Source: the human T2T-CHM13v2.0 reference genome, Homo sapiens. From it: a stretch of DNA of 64,000 bases. Below are positions 30,706-45,535 of this stretch, piece after piece. Location: assembly GCF_009914755.1 (NCBI RefSeq), contig NC_060940.1; one strand, written 5' to 3'. How positions within the stretch are numbered: the stretch's first letter is position 1; every line of letters starts with the position of its first letter. The notes under the pieces were generated by a model. It saw only the letters and a list, made by a program, of their open reading frames with translations, made no database searches and had not been told where the DNA came from. The position numbers and the translations under genes were made by a program.

Positions 30706-31216
30706 CACTCTCGAACTTTACCCAGCCCCTGCTCTCATTTAGGAATCTTCACAAAAAGGTGACTCTGCATTTTACAAGGTTAAGTATTTGGAATCCACTT
30801 ATGGATTGATGGTAGGGTATCCATGGTTGAATAGAATAAATACATATTCATGTATAAAAATGAAGAAAATGAAAGTATTTGCATCTGACTAGCCCAGCAG
30901 CTGCCTCTAAAAGGCAGAAAAGCCTGGTTGCTCATTAGGCATGTTTCCCTGTCCTTGAGCTTAGCAAGAGGGGATCCATCCAAACTGAATTCATCACCTT
31001 CCAGTGATTTCCTCTCCAGCACGGACAATAGCATCAATTAGAACCCAGGATGAATGTAGGTAAAACTTTATTCCAACAAGGATTCAACCTGCCTTGTTTC
31101 TAATTACTCATTTATTTCCCTCACAAACAATGTCGATAGCCCAGATGCCGCTTCTGCAGAGCAGCGTGTGCTCCCCCAGGAAGGGGGCTGGAGGAGACAG
31201 CCAGTGTGGTGTGAAG

Positions 31217-31296
31217 GTTTCCATGGTAATTACACACCTACCTCCAGAAGGCGCTGCCCAGTGAAATCCGTAGTTAGCCACCAGCCAGCTAATTAG
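31217..31296. promoter_or_regulatory. Candidate regulatory patch: RFX X-box, CTCF-like and homeobox motifs
   Basis: GTTTCCATGGTAAT 31217-31230; CCTCCAGAAGGCGCTG 31241-31256; CTAATTAG 31289-31296. Confidence 0.3.
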
Positions 31297-31684
31297 AAGA
31301 GGCCTTTGGCACTTGCTCATGTTCCGGAACATTTCTTCCTGGTCAGTTAGGAATGGGTGGTCAAGGCTTCATCCAGACAAGCCCAAGTCTCTTTAGCCCC
31401 AAACCCCAGGGAAAGTCACAGGCATGAAGGGAGAGTAATGTATTCCATTGGCGCATGGAGAACAGACGCTTGACAGCCTTTTTTTCTGCATCTGGCAAAC
31501 ATGAAGGTCATTTAGTAGCAATGACCCTGGGTCACAGGCGTGGGGACCGTGAAGGGAGGGAGAGACCCAACCATTCACAGCAAAACCCAGGGAGTAACTG
31601 AGAGTTCAGGGGAGAAAGTGCTGCCTCTAGGGGAAAAATTTTGGGGGGAGGTGGGCAAGGAAAGACTCTGGATCTAATGAAGTA

Positions 31685-32161
<477 letters not shown>

Positions 32162-32314
32162 GGAGCTCAGGTGGACAGGTGTTCTAAGCAGGTAAATTAA
32201 GGCAGCAGGCTATGGATATGGAGAAAGCCCCTAGGAACACAAGCAACCAGGACTCCTAGGCCACCAGGTACTGGATCCAGGGCACTGTCCTGAGGCCCAG
32301 ATGAGGATTATGAC

Positions 32315-32510
32315 TAACTGTGGCTCTGGAGTTGAAAAGACGTGGGGCTTAAATCCAGCTTGGTCAGTCACTTCTCGTGTGGTCTCGGATAAATGACCTA
32401 AGTCTTCTGCAAATCAGTGTTCTTATCGATGATATGGAATGCTAATAGTAGCAATTTCATAGGGTGATGGTAAAGACTGGCACATAATTTTTGCTTCATA
32501 AGTGTTACCT
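32315..32510 (+). mobile_element. MIR
   Basis: ggctctggagttg...aaatccagc...gataaatgacctaa. Confidence 0.55.
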
Positions 32511-32549
32511 AATACCCTCATGCTTCTCACTGATATTGTATGATTCTTC

Positions 32550-32845
<296 letters not shown>

Positions 32846-33619
32846 GTATGATTCTTATACTTCCATCCTCATATGGTTATAAGGCCACCTGCTGGGGCTC
32901 CTGTGCTATCCAGGTGACCCACAGACCTTGTTTTTCCTGCCAACAGCATCCTAAAGAAGACCAGGGAAGCCAACGCATTGCTCCTTTCCTCTGAATTCTC
33001 TCCTCCCAGTATCTTTCCTTTTGTGCAAGTTTTATCTCCATGACAGATTCTTAGCTCCACCTTTAAACCTTGAGAACCTATTCTCACCGTCTAATTTTAC
33101 TAAGGAAGCTGACTTAGAGGTGACTGTCTTGTCCAAGGCCATCCAGTGGTCAGGAACAGAGCCACAGTCCTACCTTGGTCTTCCTCACCTTCTCTCCACA
33201 CTGTTGTAGGAGACTGGGTAATGGTCCTTCATTCCCTCCAGCCCCAGAAAAGGACTTCAGCATGCTTCAGGTTTTTGGGATCTGCTCTCTTCTCATAAAT
33301 TCATTCTAATTCCCCCACCATATAGTTATCACCAGGAAAATCCAGCACCTCTTAATTGGGGGCTGGTCAGAGCGAGACTCTGAGTGTGAGGCATCAGTGA
33401 GCAGGAGGATCTGCTTATTTTAAGCAGCAGTGAGCTGTATGGGATGCTAATTGGCAAACAAAAAGGCTGTTCAAGCCTGAGCTGAATTTGGCTCATCCTG
33501 CCAAGGAAAGGCAGCCCCATCCACAGGTTGGAAAAAGGAGAGACAGTGAGGGGACACCCGCTTCCTTATGAACCTGAAAAAAGAAAGCTAATGTATCCAG
33601 CTCTCCAAGTTTTCAGAAA

Positions 33620-33870
33620 AGCACAGGCTTTGGCATCAAATGGAACTGTGTTAAATTTGTCCTCTGTTGTTTACTAGCTGTGTGACAATTAGCAGGTTAC
33701 TCTCCCTCTCTGAATATTTTTCTTACCTGTATCATGAAGCTAATAATGTGTACTTTTCAGGGTCATTGTGGTAGTTAAATAAAATAATCCATTTCATTCA
33801 TAAAGTACTTAGCACTGGCACCAGACACATGTCCATCACCACGATCAAGATATCACTATCATCAATATTA
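33620..33870 (+). mobile_element. MIR
   Basis: caggctttggcatca...tactagctgtgtgac...agcaggttact. Confidence 0.7.
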
Positions 33871-33999
33871 GCAAAGAGCAGTGAGATTCTTTGGATCTGT
33901 CCTCAGTTCTTCCTGGTGATTTGGAAGTGCAGGGGCATTGAATGGCATCAATAATGCTTATCAGAATAATAGAAGTAGTAATAAAAGAAGGAGAGAGAC

Positions 34000-34607
<608 letters not shown>

Positions 34608-34829
34608 GGGTAAAATAGGAGAGAGACATTAATATTCAGGCAACCTGACTTTGGCCCAGAAAGCATATGTGGCCATTCACCCCAGGCCCGGTAGCAGCAA
34701 AAGCAGTTAGGAAAGACCTTTCAGTGGTTCCTGGAAGCCCTGGTTCCCTTGGGCAGGGACGAAGAGGACACCACAAGGGAAAAGGAGTGAACAGTGGCAG
34801 GAAAACGAATCGGGGAGTTGGGAGTAGCT

Positions 34830-34940
34830 GCCTGCCATTAATCATCATGAAGAATAGGGCCTGGAGAGCTGCCATTGGCTCCACGGTGATTAATGACCTT
34901 TTTAATTTCTCTGCGCATTGTCCCAATTATGCAGGGGCAC
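34830..34940. promoter_or_regulatory. Candidate developmental enhancer core (inverted PBX-HOX pair, SOX motif)
   Basis: CATTAATCA 34836-34844 and TGATTAATG 34887-34895; CATTGT 34916; unique sequence. Confidence 0.3.
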
Positions 34941-36039
34941 GGAGGGAGGCCCCGCTTTCCCTGGGGAAGCAGGGAGGTCTATGCAGTGCCCTGGAGTGAG
35001 ACAGAGGACGGCTGTGGGGAGACCCGGAGTTGTTTTCCAAAGAGCTTGGACCCAGAGGGCAGGGCTGGGAGGACTTGCAGCCCAGATTTCAGAACTTGGC
35101 CAGTGAGAGACAGCCTGGTCTCTAGAGAAGGCTGGTGATGGACACCACTCTTACCCTGAAACTCAGTGCAAAAAGTAGAATCATTTTCTTACAGGCTCAA
35201 GTAAATTTTCAGTTTGAGTTCCCATACTTCTCTGGTGACAGAATCTTACTCTTGTTCCTGACATGTGTCTAAGTTCTGGGTGTCAAGCATGGGCTGGGAG
35301 TCTGAAGCAAGGGGCTACTTAAGATTCTTGACCAGGCAACTACGTTCCGGTTCATCCATCATCCGGTCAGACCCTCAGTTGTCAGTCCATGGAGGCTGCT
35401 GCTACAAAACCTCGCATTTCTGTTCACATCCAATGGCTCTCTCTTTGTTGTTACTATGCACCGAGGAGCAATGGGCATCTCGTAAAAGCTATCTATGGTC
35501 CCAACTACTGAGAAAGACTTTCAGATCTGCCTAAGCTCTGTGACCCTCCAAAGTGATGTTCTATTGAGAGTCAAGATGTTAGGGCTACCTCTGACTTATG
35601 CCAATCTCTCTCTCATCATCCCTCCTCTTCTCTCCGCAGCTCAGCCCAGGGCAGCGCACAGTGCATCGACCACCCTTTCCTGGTTCCACAGACGCTGGGC
35701 ATAGAGCCAGTCCTCTAAGCTTTGGCCTCCACCAAGAGTTCAGGCTTTTCCAGCACAAAAGCCAGAGACTAGCAGGTTAGTTTTGGTTGCCACCCTGCAG
35801 AATTAAGCACAGTACTAAAGTGGGAGTTCGCTTGCTTTCTCTCTCTCTCTCTCTCCTCCCCTCCTTAATTTTGAGAAGTAAGGTGGAGGAGGGAAGAGAA
35901 ATAAAGAGAGAACCAATGGCTAATAGCTTATAAATATTATCCTGCCACATGTGCAGAATGCTATGGAAAGGTTCAGAAGGAATGAGCACATCCCATAGAA
36001 AAATCAATAAAATTGTTCATGCAGAGAGCAATATTTCTT

Positions 36040-36240
36040 CATTATTAAGAGCACAGGCTTTAGCGTCTGACAGATCCTGGTTCAGTCCTGGCCCCTATTT
36101 ACTGCTGTGTCACCTTGAGCAACTGGATTGGTTTCCCCAATCCTCAGTGCTCTTCTCTGTAGAATGGGGATTACTGGGGGACGAGTTGGAATGGTGCATG
36201 TAGAAGGGCTTTGCAAAGTCCCATGGCCGTACCTACGACA
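36040..36240 (+). mobile_element. MIR
   Basis: ttaagagcacaggctttagcgtctgacagatcctggttc...ccttgagcaa. Confidence 0.75.
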
Positions 36241-36264
36241 AAGACAGAGCAATTTCATTTGTTA

Positions 36265-36701
<437 letters not shown>

Positions 36702-37678
36702 TCACCTTAAGCCAGCCAGAGAAGTCACAGAGACAGGAAAGAAATTACAAGATCTAGAAGAAGTAAGGGAAGAGTAGTCGCTGGACTTGAATGGTTGGAC
36801 CATGCCTCATGGACACAGTGGTGTCAGGAAGGAAGCACAAAGGAAACCCAAGGCAGTAGAAGGAAAGAGAAAGACACCATGACTTTCTCTTGGAAAGGAG
36901 AAACCATGACGAAGAAGTATGACATGAGAGAGACACCATGACTAAGAAGCATCTGAGGGAAAGAACGGTGACTCTTCTCTCCCTCTTCCTTCCTCTCTCC
37001 CTCCCTCTCTCCTTCTCACTCTCTCAAACACATACACACACACTCTTACAAATGCACATATGGAGAGAAATTCTCAGTGAGTCACAAACCCATCTCTCCT
37101 GAAAGTTTCTCAGCAACAAGGGAGACAAGGCTTGGGTTGGCTGAGTGGAGACTAAAGGCAGGAGATGGGTGAGGTAGCACTTTCCCAATTCCAAAGTGCA
37201 GATGCAGATCTGAGTCAGGAGTTGTGGGGGAACACACACCTCTGCCTGTCCAACAGGCTCCACATGGTGCTGATGCTGCTGTCAGTTAAATGCACTGTGT
37301 GGCAAGGGATGGGCCATGTGGCATTTAGCTGAGATGGCATTACTCAGGGAATTCAAGGGGCCTCCTTCATTGTGTGTTCTGGGAGATAAATTCCCATTCC
37401 TTCATCTCCAATAGTCCTCAATAATCTCTTGGTAACCTGGAAGTGGCAGGTCCCTTTGCTTTTTATTAACTGATTAAGTGGGAGAGAAATAAGGAAATCC
37501 AATCTGTCATTTAAGCTTCAGAGGTTGTCTTGGTTTCAGTGAGCCAAAGTTTCCACATCTCCAGGGGCCATATTCCCCCAGGAAAAGCTGTCATCCCTCC
37601 ATTCTTCTCAGAAGTCAGAGAATGGGGACTGTCTTTCTCTCCTTCATTTTCCAGTTTTTGATCTTCCCCAGTCAGCAC

Positions 37679-37713
<35 letters not shown>
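37679..37713. repeat. (CA)n microsatellite
   Basis: Directly visible. Confidence 0.95.
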
Positions 37714-37716
<3 letters not shown>

Positions 37717-37764
37717 CACACATACTGCATGAGTGGAAATAAATAAATTTATTCTACTGAATAA

Positions 37765-38415
37765 AATAAAAGTCAAGCTCCTCATAATGTCATCCAAGGC
37801 CCTGAATTAGAATCCACCTTTCCTTGGTCCACCTCTCCTTGTATCTCTTTTCCTCCCTCACTAAGTTCCAGCCATAGTAGCCACCTTTCTGCTCCTCTAA
37901 GGCAGTGGTCCCCAACTCTGGCTGCTCCTTAGAGTGACCTGGGGAGGTCTTAAAATATATCAGTGCCCAGGTCAAGCCCCAGACCAATGAGCTCACAAGC
38001 TCTTGGGGATACAAAACAGGTATTCATAAATTCTAAAGCTCTCTAGGGGATTCCAATGTGCAGGCAGGTTGAGAATTACAGCTCTAAAGTTCAAGAGCTC
38101 CCTACTCTCAGCACTTTGCCTCCCTCCCTCTGCCCTGTCCTTTGCAGCTGACTCCAGCTCTTCTGTTAGCTCTCAACTCAAATGACTCCTCTTCAGTGAA
38201 GCCTTCCAGGAGCATCTTTGTTTCTTTCCTAGAATTTGTTATACTCTGTAATTTTCCTATTTATTTATATGTGTGTTTATTGTCTGTTTCCTACAGTTTA
38301 ATGTTAGTCCCATAATGCCAAGAACCATGTCTGGTGTGGTTTGCTGCCATACCTAACATGTAACATAGTGTTTGATCCATAGTACGGGCTTATCAAATGG
38401 TTGGTGAATGATTGA
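37765..38415 (+). mobile_element. L2 3' end interrupted by MER5
   Basis: tctcaactcaaatgactcctcttcagtgaagccttcc...gaaccatgtctgg...ggtgaatgattgaa. Confidence 0.7.
37903..38081. mobile_element. MER5-type hAT-Charlie MITE
   Basis: cagtggtccccaactctggctgc...ggggattccaatgtgcagg...gttgagaattacag; 8-bp TSD ctctaagg/ctctaaag. Confidence 0.8.
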
Positions 38416-39072
38416 AAGGCCATTCAATCATTCTTTATAGACCAATTCAGTGTCAGATGCCCGGAAGTTGCTACTTAGTTTAACTCACCTGTTCGTAGAA
38501 TCACCCTAAGTAAGGAAGCCCCCAAGGCTTGGGCCTTCAGAAAGATGGTGTCTCATATGACTGTATATCTTTCCTTACCTTCACCTTCCATGATGTCTTC
38601 TTAGTCTGTAGTGCCCTCAACCTGGGGACTCCTCAGCTAAGCCTGCCAGCTCAGCATCCTCACCCAGTTCTCTTAAGAAGCCACATCACTCCAGAAAGGA
38701 GGAAAACATTTCTCTTCCAGTGTTTCCACCTTCTTGTATCATGTACGTTGTGGAACCCAATCACGCATTGAGGTCAACTCAAGGCTCCCAACTGCTGAAT
38801 TTGCTAGCTCAGCAAATGAGAAAAGGTGGTACTGGATCCAAAGAGAAGAGTATGTTTGAGGTGCTGTAATCCTAATTATCTTCCTATTCACAGAAGAATT
38901 TCTCCACAATTCCCTGACAAGTATGCACCCTCATCAAAATCAATATTCGCTTCTACCAGAGCCATGCAGTCATAGTTTTATGGAAGGAAATCTAATCTCT
39001 CTTGTTAGCACAACTTTGTCGCTTCCTTTACTAAGCAATAACCCCATCATTATTAACTTAAGGACCATTCAC

Positions 39073-39843
39073 TGATATGGTTTGGATCCATGTCCCCACC
39101 AAATCTCATGTTGAATTGTTTTTTGAAGTTTTTTTTGTTGGGTTTTGTTTTGTTTTGTTTTGAGACAGAGTTTTGCTCTGTTGCCCAGGCTGGAGTGCAG
39201 TGGCTCGATCTCGACTTGCTGCAACATCTGCCCCCCCGGGTTCAAGTGATTCTCTTGCCTCAGCCTCCTGAGTAGCTGGGATTACAGGCACCCCCCACCG
39301 TGTCCAGCTAATTTTTGTATTCTTAGTAGAAACGGGGTTTCACCATGTTGGCCAGGCTGGTCTCAAACTCCTGACCTCTAGTGATCTACTGGCCTCAGCC
39401 TCCCAAAGTGCTGAGATTTTAGGTATGAGCCACCACGCCTGGCCTTATGTTGAATTGTAATTCCCAGTGTTGGAGGTGAGGCTGGGTGGGAGGTGACTGG
39501 ATCATGGGAATGGGTTTCTCATGAATGGTTTAGCACCATCTTCTTGGTGCTGTTCTCATGATAGTGATAGTGAGTGAATTCTCACGAGATCTGGTTGTTT
39601 AAAAGTGTGTGACACTTCCCCCTCACTGTCTTTTACTCCTGCTCTGGCCATGTGACGTGCCTGCTCCCCTTTCTCCTTCCGCCATGATTGTGAGTTTCCT
39701 TGGGCCTCCCCAGAAGCTGAGCAGATGCCAGCATCATGTTTCCTGTACAGCCTGCAGAACCATGATCCAATTAAACTTCTTTTCTTTATAAATCACCCAG
39801 TCTCAGATATTTCTTTATAGCAATGCAAGTACTGCCTAATACA
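39073..39843 (+). mobile_element. MSTA-type MaLR solo LTR with nested Alu
   Basis: tgatatggtttggatc...ctaataca termini; 5-bp flanks ttcac/ctcac. Confidence 0.9.
39119..39444 (-). mobile_element. AluSx-like
   Basis: Reverse dimer; TSD atgttgaattgt. Confidence 0.92.
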
Positions 39844-39873
39844 CTCACGCTTCTCTGAGTGGGGCTAACATGA

Positions 39874-40297
<424 letters not shown>

Positions 40298-41134
40298 CGA
40301 ACTTTTCATATCCTCCCTAGCCCAACATGAGAGAAAGGAATATTCCCCCCTCTCCCCATGAGACATGCTCCCAGCAGAAATGACCAACCATAGAAAAAAT
40401 AAGGTTATCTGCAGATTATGAGCTAATAGCTATAAAGTTTACAGCAGGGGGCCTGGTCCATGGTAGGTGGTTAATTAAAAAAAAAAAAAAGAAAGAAAGA
40501 AAAGAAAAGAGAAGTGCAGTTATTACTGCAGTTGCTGCTTCTACTTCTACTACCACTATTACTTGTGTCCCTAGCACTTAGCAAAAGACTTAGTATACAT
40601 TAGCCACTTGATGAATGCTTGGTGAATAAATAAGTGAATGAAGGAAAAAGCTGAAGCACCTCTTAAACCTGTGTCATCCCACATTCCACAGATAGAAAAG
40701 CTGAGTCGTTGTTCTGATGCCAAGGCATTTACCTAAACTGTGCTCATGAGGCCAAAGCCCTGGCACTTGGCTGGTAATTTCCCTGCAATAGGCCTGCCCA
40801 GCCTTCTGAGGCTCAGGGAGGCACACATTCAACTCCTGTTGCCTGGGAGAATATTTACACAGGACACCACTGCACACAGTCATTAAAACAGGGCTCCAAA
40901 ATTGATTTGCAGAAACCAAATTGCTAGTATGGATAACTAAATGCCAAATCAGGACTTTATAGATCCCAAAAGGTTGATTCTCTGAAGATGACATTTTTGT
41001 TTTAGAATAAAGGGAAGGTACACCTACATTTAAAATTCTACTGAACCTGTTCAGGGTGGAGAAGAATCATCCAGTTGAAGCCTAGTGAAAAAGAAATGGT
41101 ATTGGTATTTACTTTGAAATGAGCTTATGAATAA

Positions 41135-41536
<402 letters not shown>

Positions 41537-41669
41537 TAAAATACATTTTTGGCATATGCAGAGTTGGCCCAGCTCACACTCAAAAAAAAAAAAAAAAAGG
41601 TTGCTATCTTATTTTCACTCTGGCATTGAAAGGAAAGTGATGTAAAACTGACAGAGAAAATAATAATTG

Positions 41670-41860
41670 CTACTGTTAACTGAGTAGTTATTCTGTAGCC
41701 GGTACTGCGCCAACAACATCATGATGATTATCTCGATTGTATTAACTTCTTTAGTCTGTTCAGAGAAGCCGAATTGTCCAAGGTTCCCCCAAAGGAAACT
41801 GAATGCTGGGCTTGAAACTCAAGTCTACCCGATTCCAAGAAGTCGTTCTCTAAACTGCTT
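41670..41860 (-). mobile_element. MIR
   Basis: ttgtccaaggtt...gctgggcttgaaactcaagtct. Confidence 0.5.
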
Positions 41861-42701
41861 CCTCCTAGGGCTTAGAGGAGATGAGCTTCTCCCCTACAGT
41901 ATAGAATTATTTATTCAAATCACTGATGTAGGAGGTTGACGGGTACTGAGCTCTGGCATACTGCATCAAATAGCCCATTTCATTCAATCAGTCTCATCCA
42001 GCAACAATGGGGAAGGGTGGGAGGGAAATAATAATAAGAAAAGAAAACCCTACAACGTGGCCATTTTTTCTTAAATGGCTGAAGAACGATGAATGAGACC
42101 AAGAACTTTTCGACTCCTCCCCCAAAGTCATCTGTTGTTGAACAAAACTGGAAAAAGTTTCCCTAGAACTAGAATGAAAATCAAGATTAAGTTAAGCAGT
42201 GATTTTAAAACTCATAAAGACCAAATTTTTTAAAAATCTCAAGTTTCTACTAGGAATGTGCATTTCTCATTAATTCAAAAAAGAACTCTTGTTTTCCTAC
42301 TCTGTGCCACCCTAGCTATTTGGGACTCATCTGTAAATAAAACAGACAAAAATCCTTGTCCTTAGGAAGCTGACACCCTCAGCAGTGGGATGTAGACAAT
42401 GAAAATAAAAATAAATGAAAATTACATACTGTGATAAAAAGTGATGTTACTACAGAAAAAAAAATAAGGTATGATAAAAGGGATAGAGCATGCTGGGAGA
42501 AGGAGACAATATTTGGGCAAATGTTTCAAGGAGGCTAAGGAACAAGCCAAGCAGATGTTTCAGGAAAGTGTTTCAATTAGAGGACAGGGCAAGTGCAAAG
42601 GTCCTGTGGCAGAAATGTGGCTGGATGGAATGAAGAACAGCAAGGACATCAGCGCTGATGGAGAGAAGTAAACAAGGCGAAGAGAAACGGAAGAGGAGGT
42701 T

Positions 42702-43226
42702 TGTGATGGTTAATTTTATGTGTCAACTTGGCTGGGCTGAGGGATGCCTGGATAGCTGGTAAAACTCTTTTTGGGTGTGTCTGGGAGGATGTTTCTGGAA
42801 GAGGTTAGCATTTGAATGCGTGAAGACCTAATAAAGCAGATGGCCTTCACCAGTGCAGGCAGGCCTCATCATGCAGTCTATTGAGGTTCTGAATAGAGCA
42901 AAAAGTCGGAAAAAGGGCATATTTACTTTTTTCTTGGGCTAAGAGCTCCATCTCCCCCGCCCCCAGATGCTGGGTCTGGACTGGAACTACACCACTAGCT
43001 TTCCTGGGTCTCCATCTTGCAGACGGCAGATTGTAAGACTTCTTGGTCTCCAAAATCAGGTGAGCCAATCCCTCATACAAATCTCTTCCTGTAAATCAAT
43101 AGGTCCTATTGTATTAGGTTGGTGCAAAAGTAATTGCAGTTTTTGCCATTACTTTCAATGGTAAAAACCGCAATTACTTTAGCACCAACCTAATATCTAT
43201 TTCTTTGGAGGACCCTGGTAAATACG
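42702..43226 (+). mobile_element. MLT2 (ERVL) solo LTR
   Basis: tgtgatggttaattttatgtgtcaacttggctggg start; gtgagccaatccc...ttctttggaggaccctgg end. Confidence 0.88.
43114..43193. mobile_element. MADE1 (Hsmar1-derived MITE), complete 80-bp hairpin
   Basis: ttaggttggtgcaaaagtaattgc...gcaattactttagcaccaacctaa with TA duplication on both sides. Confidence 0.96.
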
Positions 43227-43944
43227 AAGTATTGAGGACAAAATTATGCTGGGTCTTAGAAGGCCCTTATAAGCACTTTAACTTTTACTCTGAATGAAAT
43301 GTGGACCCATGGGCAGGTTTTGAGGAGAGGGGTGATCATGGTCTGATTTATGTCAACAACTCAGGAGGGAGGCCACTTAGGAGAGTATACAGGGAAGAGA
43401 TGATGAGCAGTGCTGTCAACAGAGTGGGTGAAAAGTTGCCAGATTCAGCACAGATGTTGAAGGTATAACGAGCAGGCTTCTCTGAGGGTTTGCATGTGGG
43501 GTGCAAGAGAAGTCAAGAACTTCTCATGTTTTTGGCTTAAGATCTGGATAAATGGATTGCAATGAACTGGGATAAGGATAATCATTGTTCAGGCAGTTTT
43601 GGGGGGAAAGTCAAGAGGGCTCTAGATGTGGTAAACTTAAGATTACTACCCAACATTCCAAGTGAATAGTAGGTTGAGTATGCATTTAGATATATGAATC
43701 TAAGTTCAGGAGACAGGTCTGAATCCAGGAATCCAGGGATTCCCTCTCTTTTTTTCCTGTACTCTGGCTTTAAATAATACTTAGGTGCTGGTCATGCCAA
43801 AATCTGTAGCTCTAGCTCAGCCCTTGTGCCTGACTCTAGATTCATATAGACTGGCCAATGGTGAGATGGTATCTGGATACCATCTGAAATTCAGCATGGT
43901 CAGTGGAGAACTCTTGATTTTTCCCTCAAACTTCTAACTTCTCT

Positions 43945-44392
43945 CCCTTCCTTCCTTCCTTCCTTCCTTTCTTTCTTTCTTTTCTTTCTCTCTCTTTCTT
44001 TTTCTTTCTTTTTCTTTCTCTTTCTTTCTTTTTCTTTCTTTCCTTCTTTGTTTCTTTCTTTCTCTTTCTTTCTTTCTTTCTTTCTTTCTCTTTCTTTCTT
44101 TTTTTTTTTTTTAGGTGGAGTTTTGCTCTTGTTGTCCAGGCTGGAGTACAATGCTGTGATTTCGGCTCACTGAACCACCTCCTGAGTTCAAGCGATTCTT
44201 CTGCCTCAGCCTTCCAAGTAGCTGGGATTACAGGTACCTGCCACAACGCCCAGGTAATTTTTTTTGTATTTTTAGTAGAGACGGGGTTTTGCCATGTTGG
44301 CCAGGCTGGTCTTGAACTCCTGACCTCAGGTATCCGCCCGCCTCAGCCTCCCAAAGTGCTGGGATTACAGGCATGAGCCACCACGCCTGGCC
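43945..44392 (-). mobile_element. AluSq/Sx with long (TTTC)n tail (43945-44112)
   Basis: gagttttgctcttgttgtccaggctgg; small internal deletion. Confidence 0.9.
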
Positions 44393-45233
44393 TATCTTCC
44401 CTTTCTTGACTTCATAAACTGACACCATCATCCCTTCAGGTTTCTCAAACCTAAAACTTCAGAATGATCTTCAATTCTCTTCTCTTACTCTTCACATACA
44501 ATCCATCAATAATTTCCTCTTATTCTACCTCCAAAATATACATCAGAATTGTCCAATTTTTTTGCTACCTCTACTGCACCCCCCTATTCCAAGCCACTAT
44601 CTCTCACCTGGAATACTACAATAACATCTGTCTTGTCTATTTTCTTCTCTACTGCCTAACCTACATGCTTTCCTTCAAACAACCACCACCATGCACCTCT
44701 GGCAGCACAAATCAAATCATGCACACTTACCTCATGACTTCATGCATAAAATCTTTCACTGGCTTGCCAGTGGCTTAGAATGCATCCAGTCTTCTAATTG
44801 TGGCATTAAAAGGCCCTACGTGACCAGGTCCCTAAACTACCTCTCCTACCTAAATCCAAGTCAACGCCCCCTACCCTAACTATGATCTAGACACAGAGGG
44901 GTTTTTCTGTTTCTTGCATTTTCTGGACTTTATCCCTTTTTAAGACCTCTACATATGCTGTTCTTCATCCAGGAATATTTTACCCACAGATCTCTGCTTG
45001 GTCCTGTTTATTCTCATTACTCAGGTCTTAGGTCAATGTCATCTCTTCAGAATGCCTCTATTTGATCCAATGATAACCTACCCCCTTCACAGTGATGTGT
45101 CACACCTTTTTCTTTATAAAGCATATTACTATCTGAAGTGAGTCTATTTAATGTTAGCCAGGTTATATAGTCCTTCCCCGTGTGAATGTGGCACCCATGA
45201 GCACTGTCTTGTTCAATACCGTATTCTCCATTG

Positions 45234-45535
45234 TTTTTATTTTTTTATTTTTTTGGAGATAGGGTCTCACTCTGTCACCAGGCCGGAGTGCAGTGGCATG
45301 ATCTCTGCTGACTGAAACCTCCACCACCCTAGGTTCAAGTGATTCTCCTGCCTCAGCCTCCCACGTAGCTGGGATTACAGGTGTATGCCACCACACCCAG
45401 CTAATTTTTGTATTTTGGTAGAGACGGGGTTTCTCTATGTTGGCCAGACTGGTCTCCAACTACTGACCTCAAGTGATCCACCCACCTCGGCCTCCCAAAT
45501 GCTGGGATTACAGGCATGAGCCACCGTGCCTGGTC
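45234..45535 (-). mobile_element. AluS
   Basis: Reverse dimer. Confidence 0.9.

Larger units (their letters stand above)
42265..43725 (-). mobile_element. L2 interrupted by MLT2
   Basis: aaataaaacagacaaaaatccttgtcc...gcaagtgcaaaggtcctgtggcag...ttttactctgaatgaaatg. Confidence 0.75.

Noticed and set aside
31014-31035. Possible REST/RE1 site (ccagcacggacaatagc); also ctgtcc...ggtgctga near 37246-37272
   Set aside because: Half-site spacing does not fit RE1; the second lies in a MER5-like relic.
31618-31636. CTCF-like gtgctgcctctagggg
   Set aside because: Core is one base short of the canonical spacing; too weak without PWM or ChIP data.
40476-40515. Orphan A-rich tract as a possible processed-pseudogene tail (also 17380 and 41582)
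   Set aside because: No upstream body or convincing TSD; likely simple A-run expansion.
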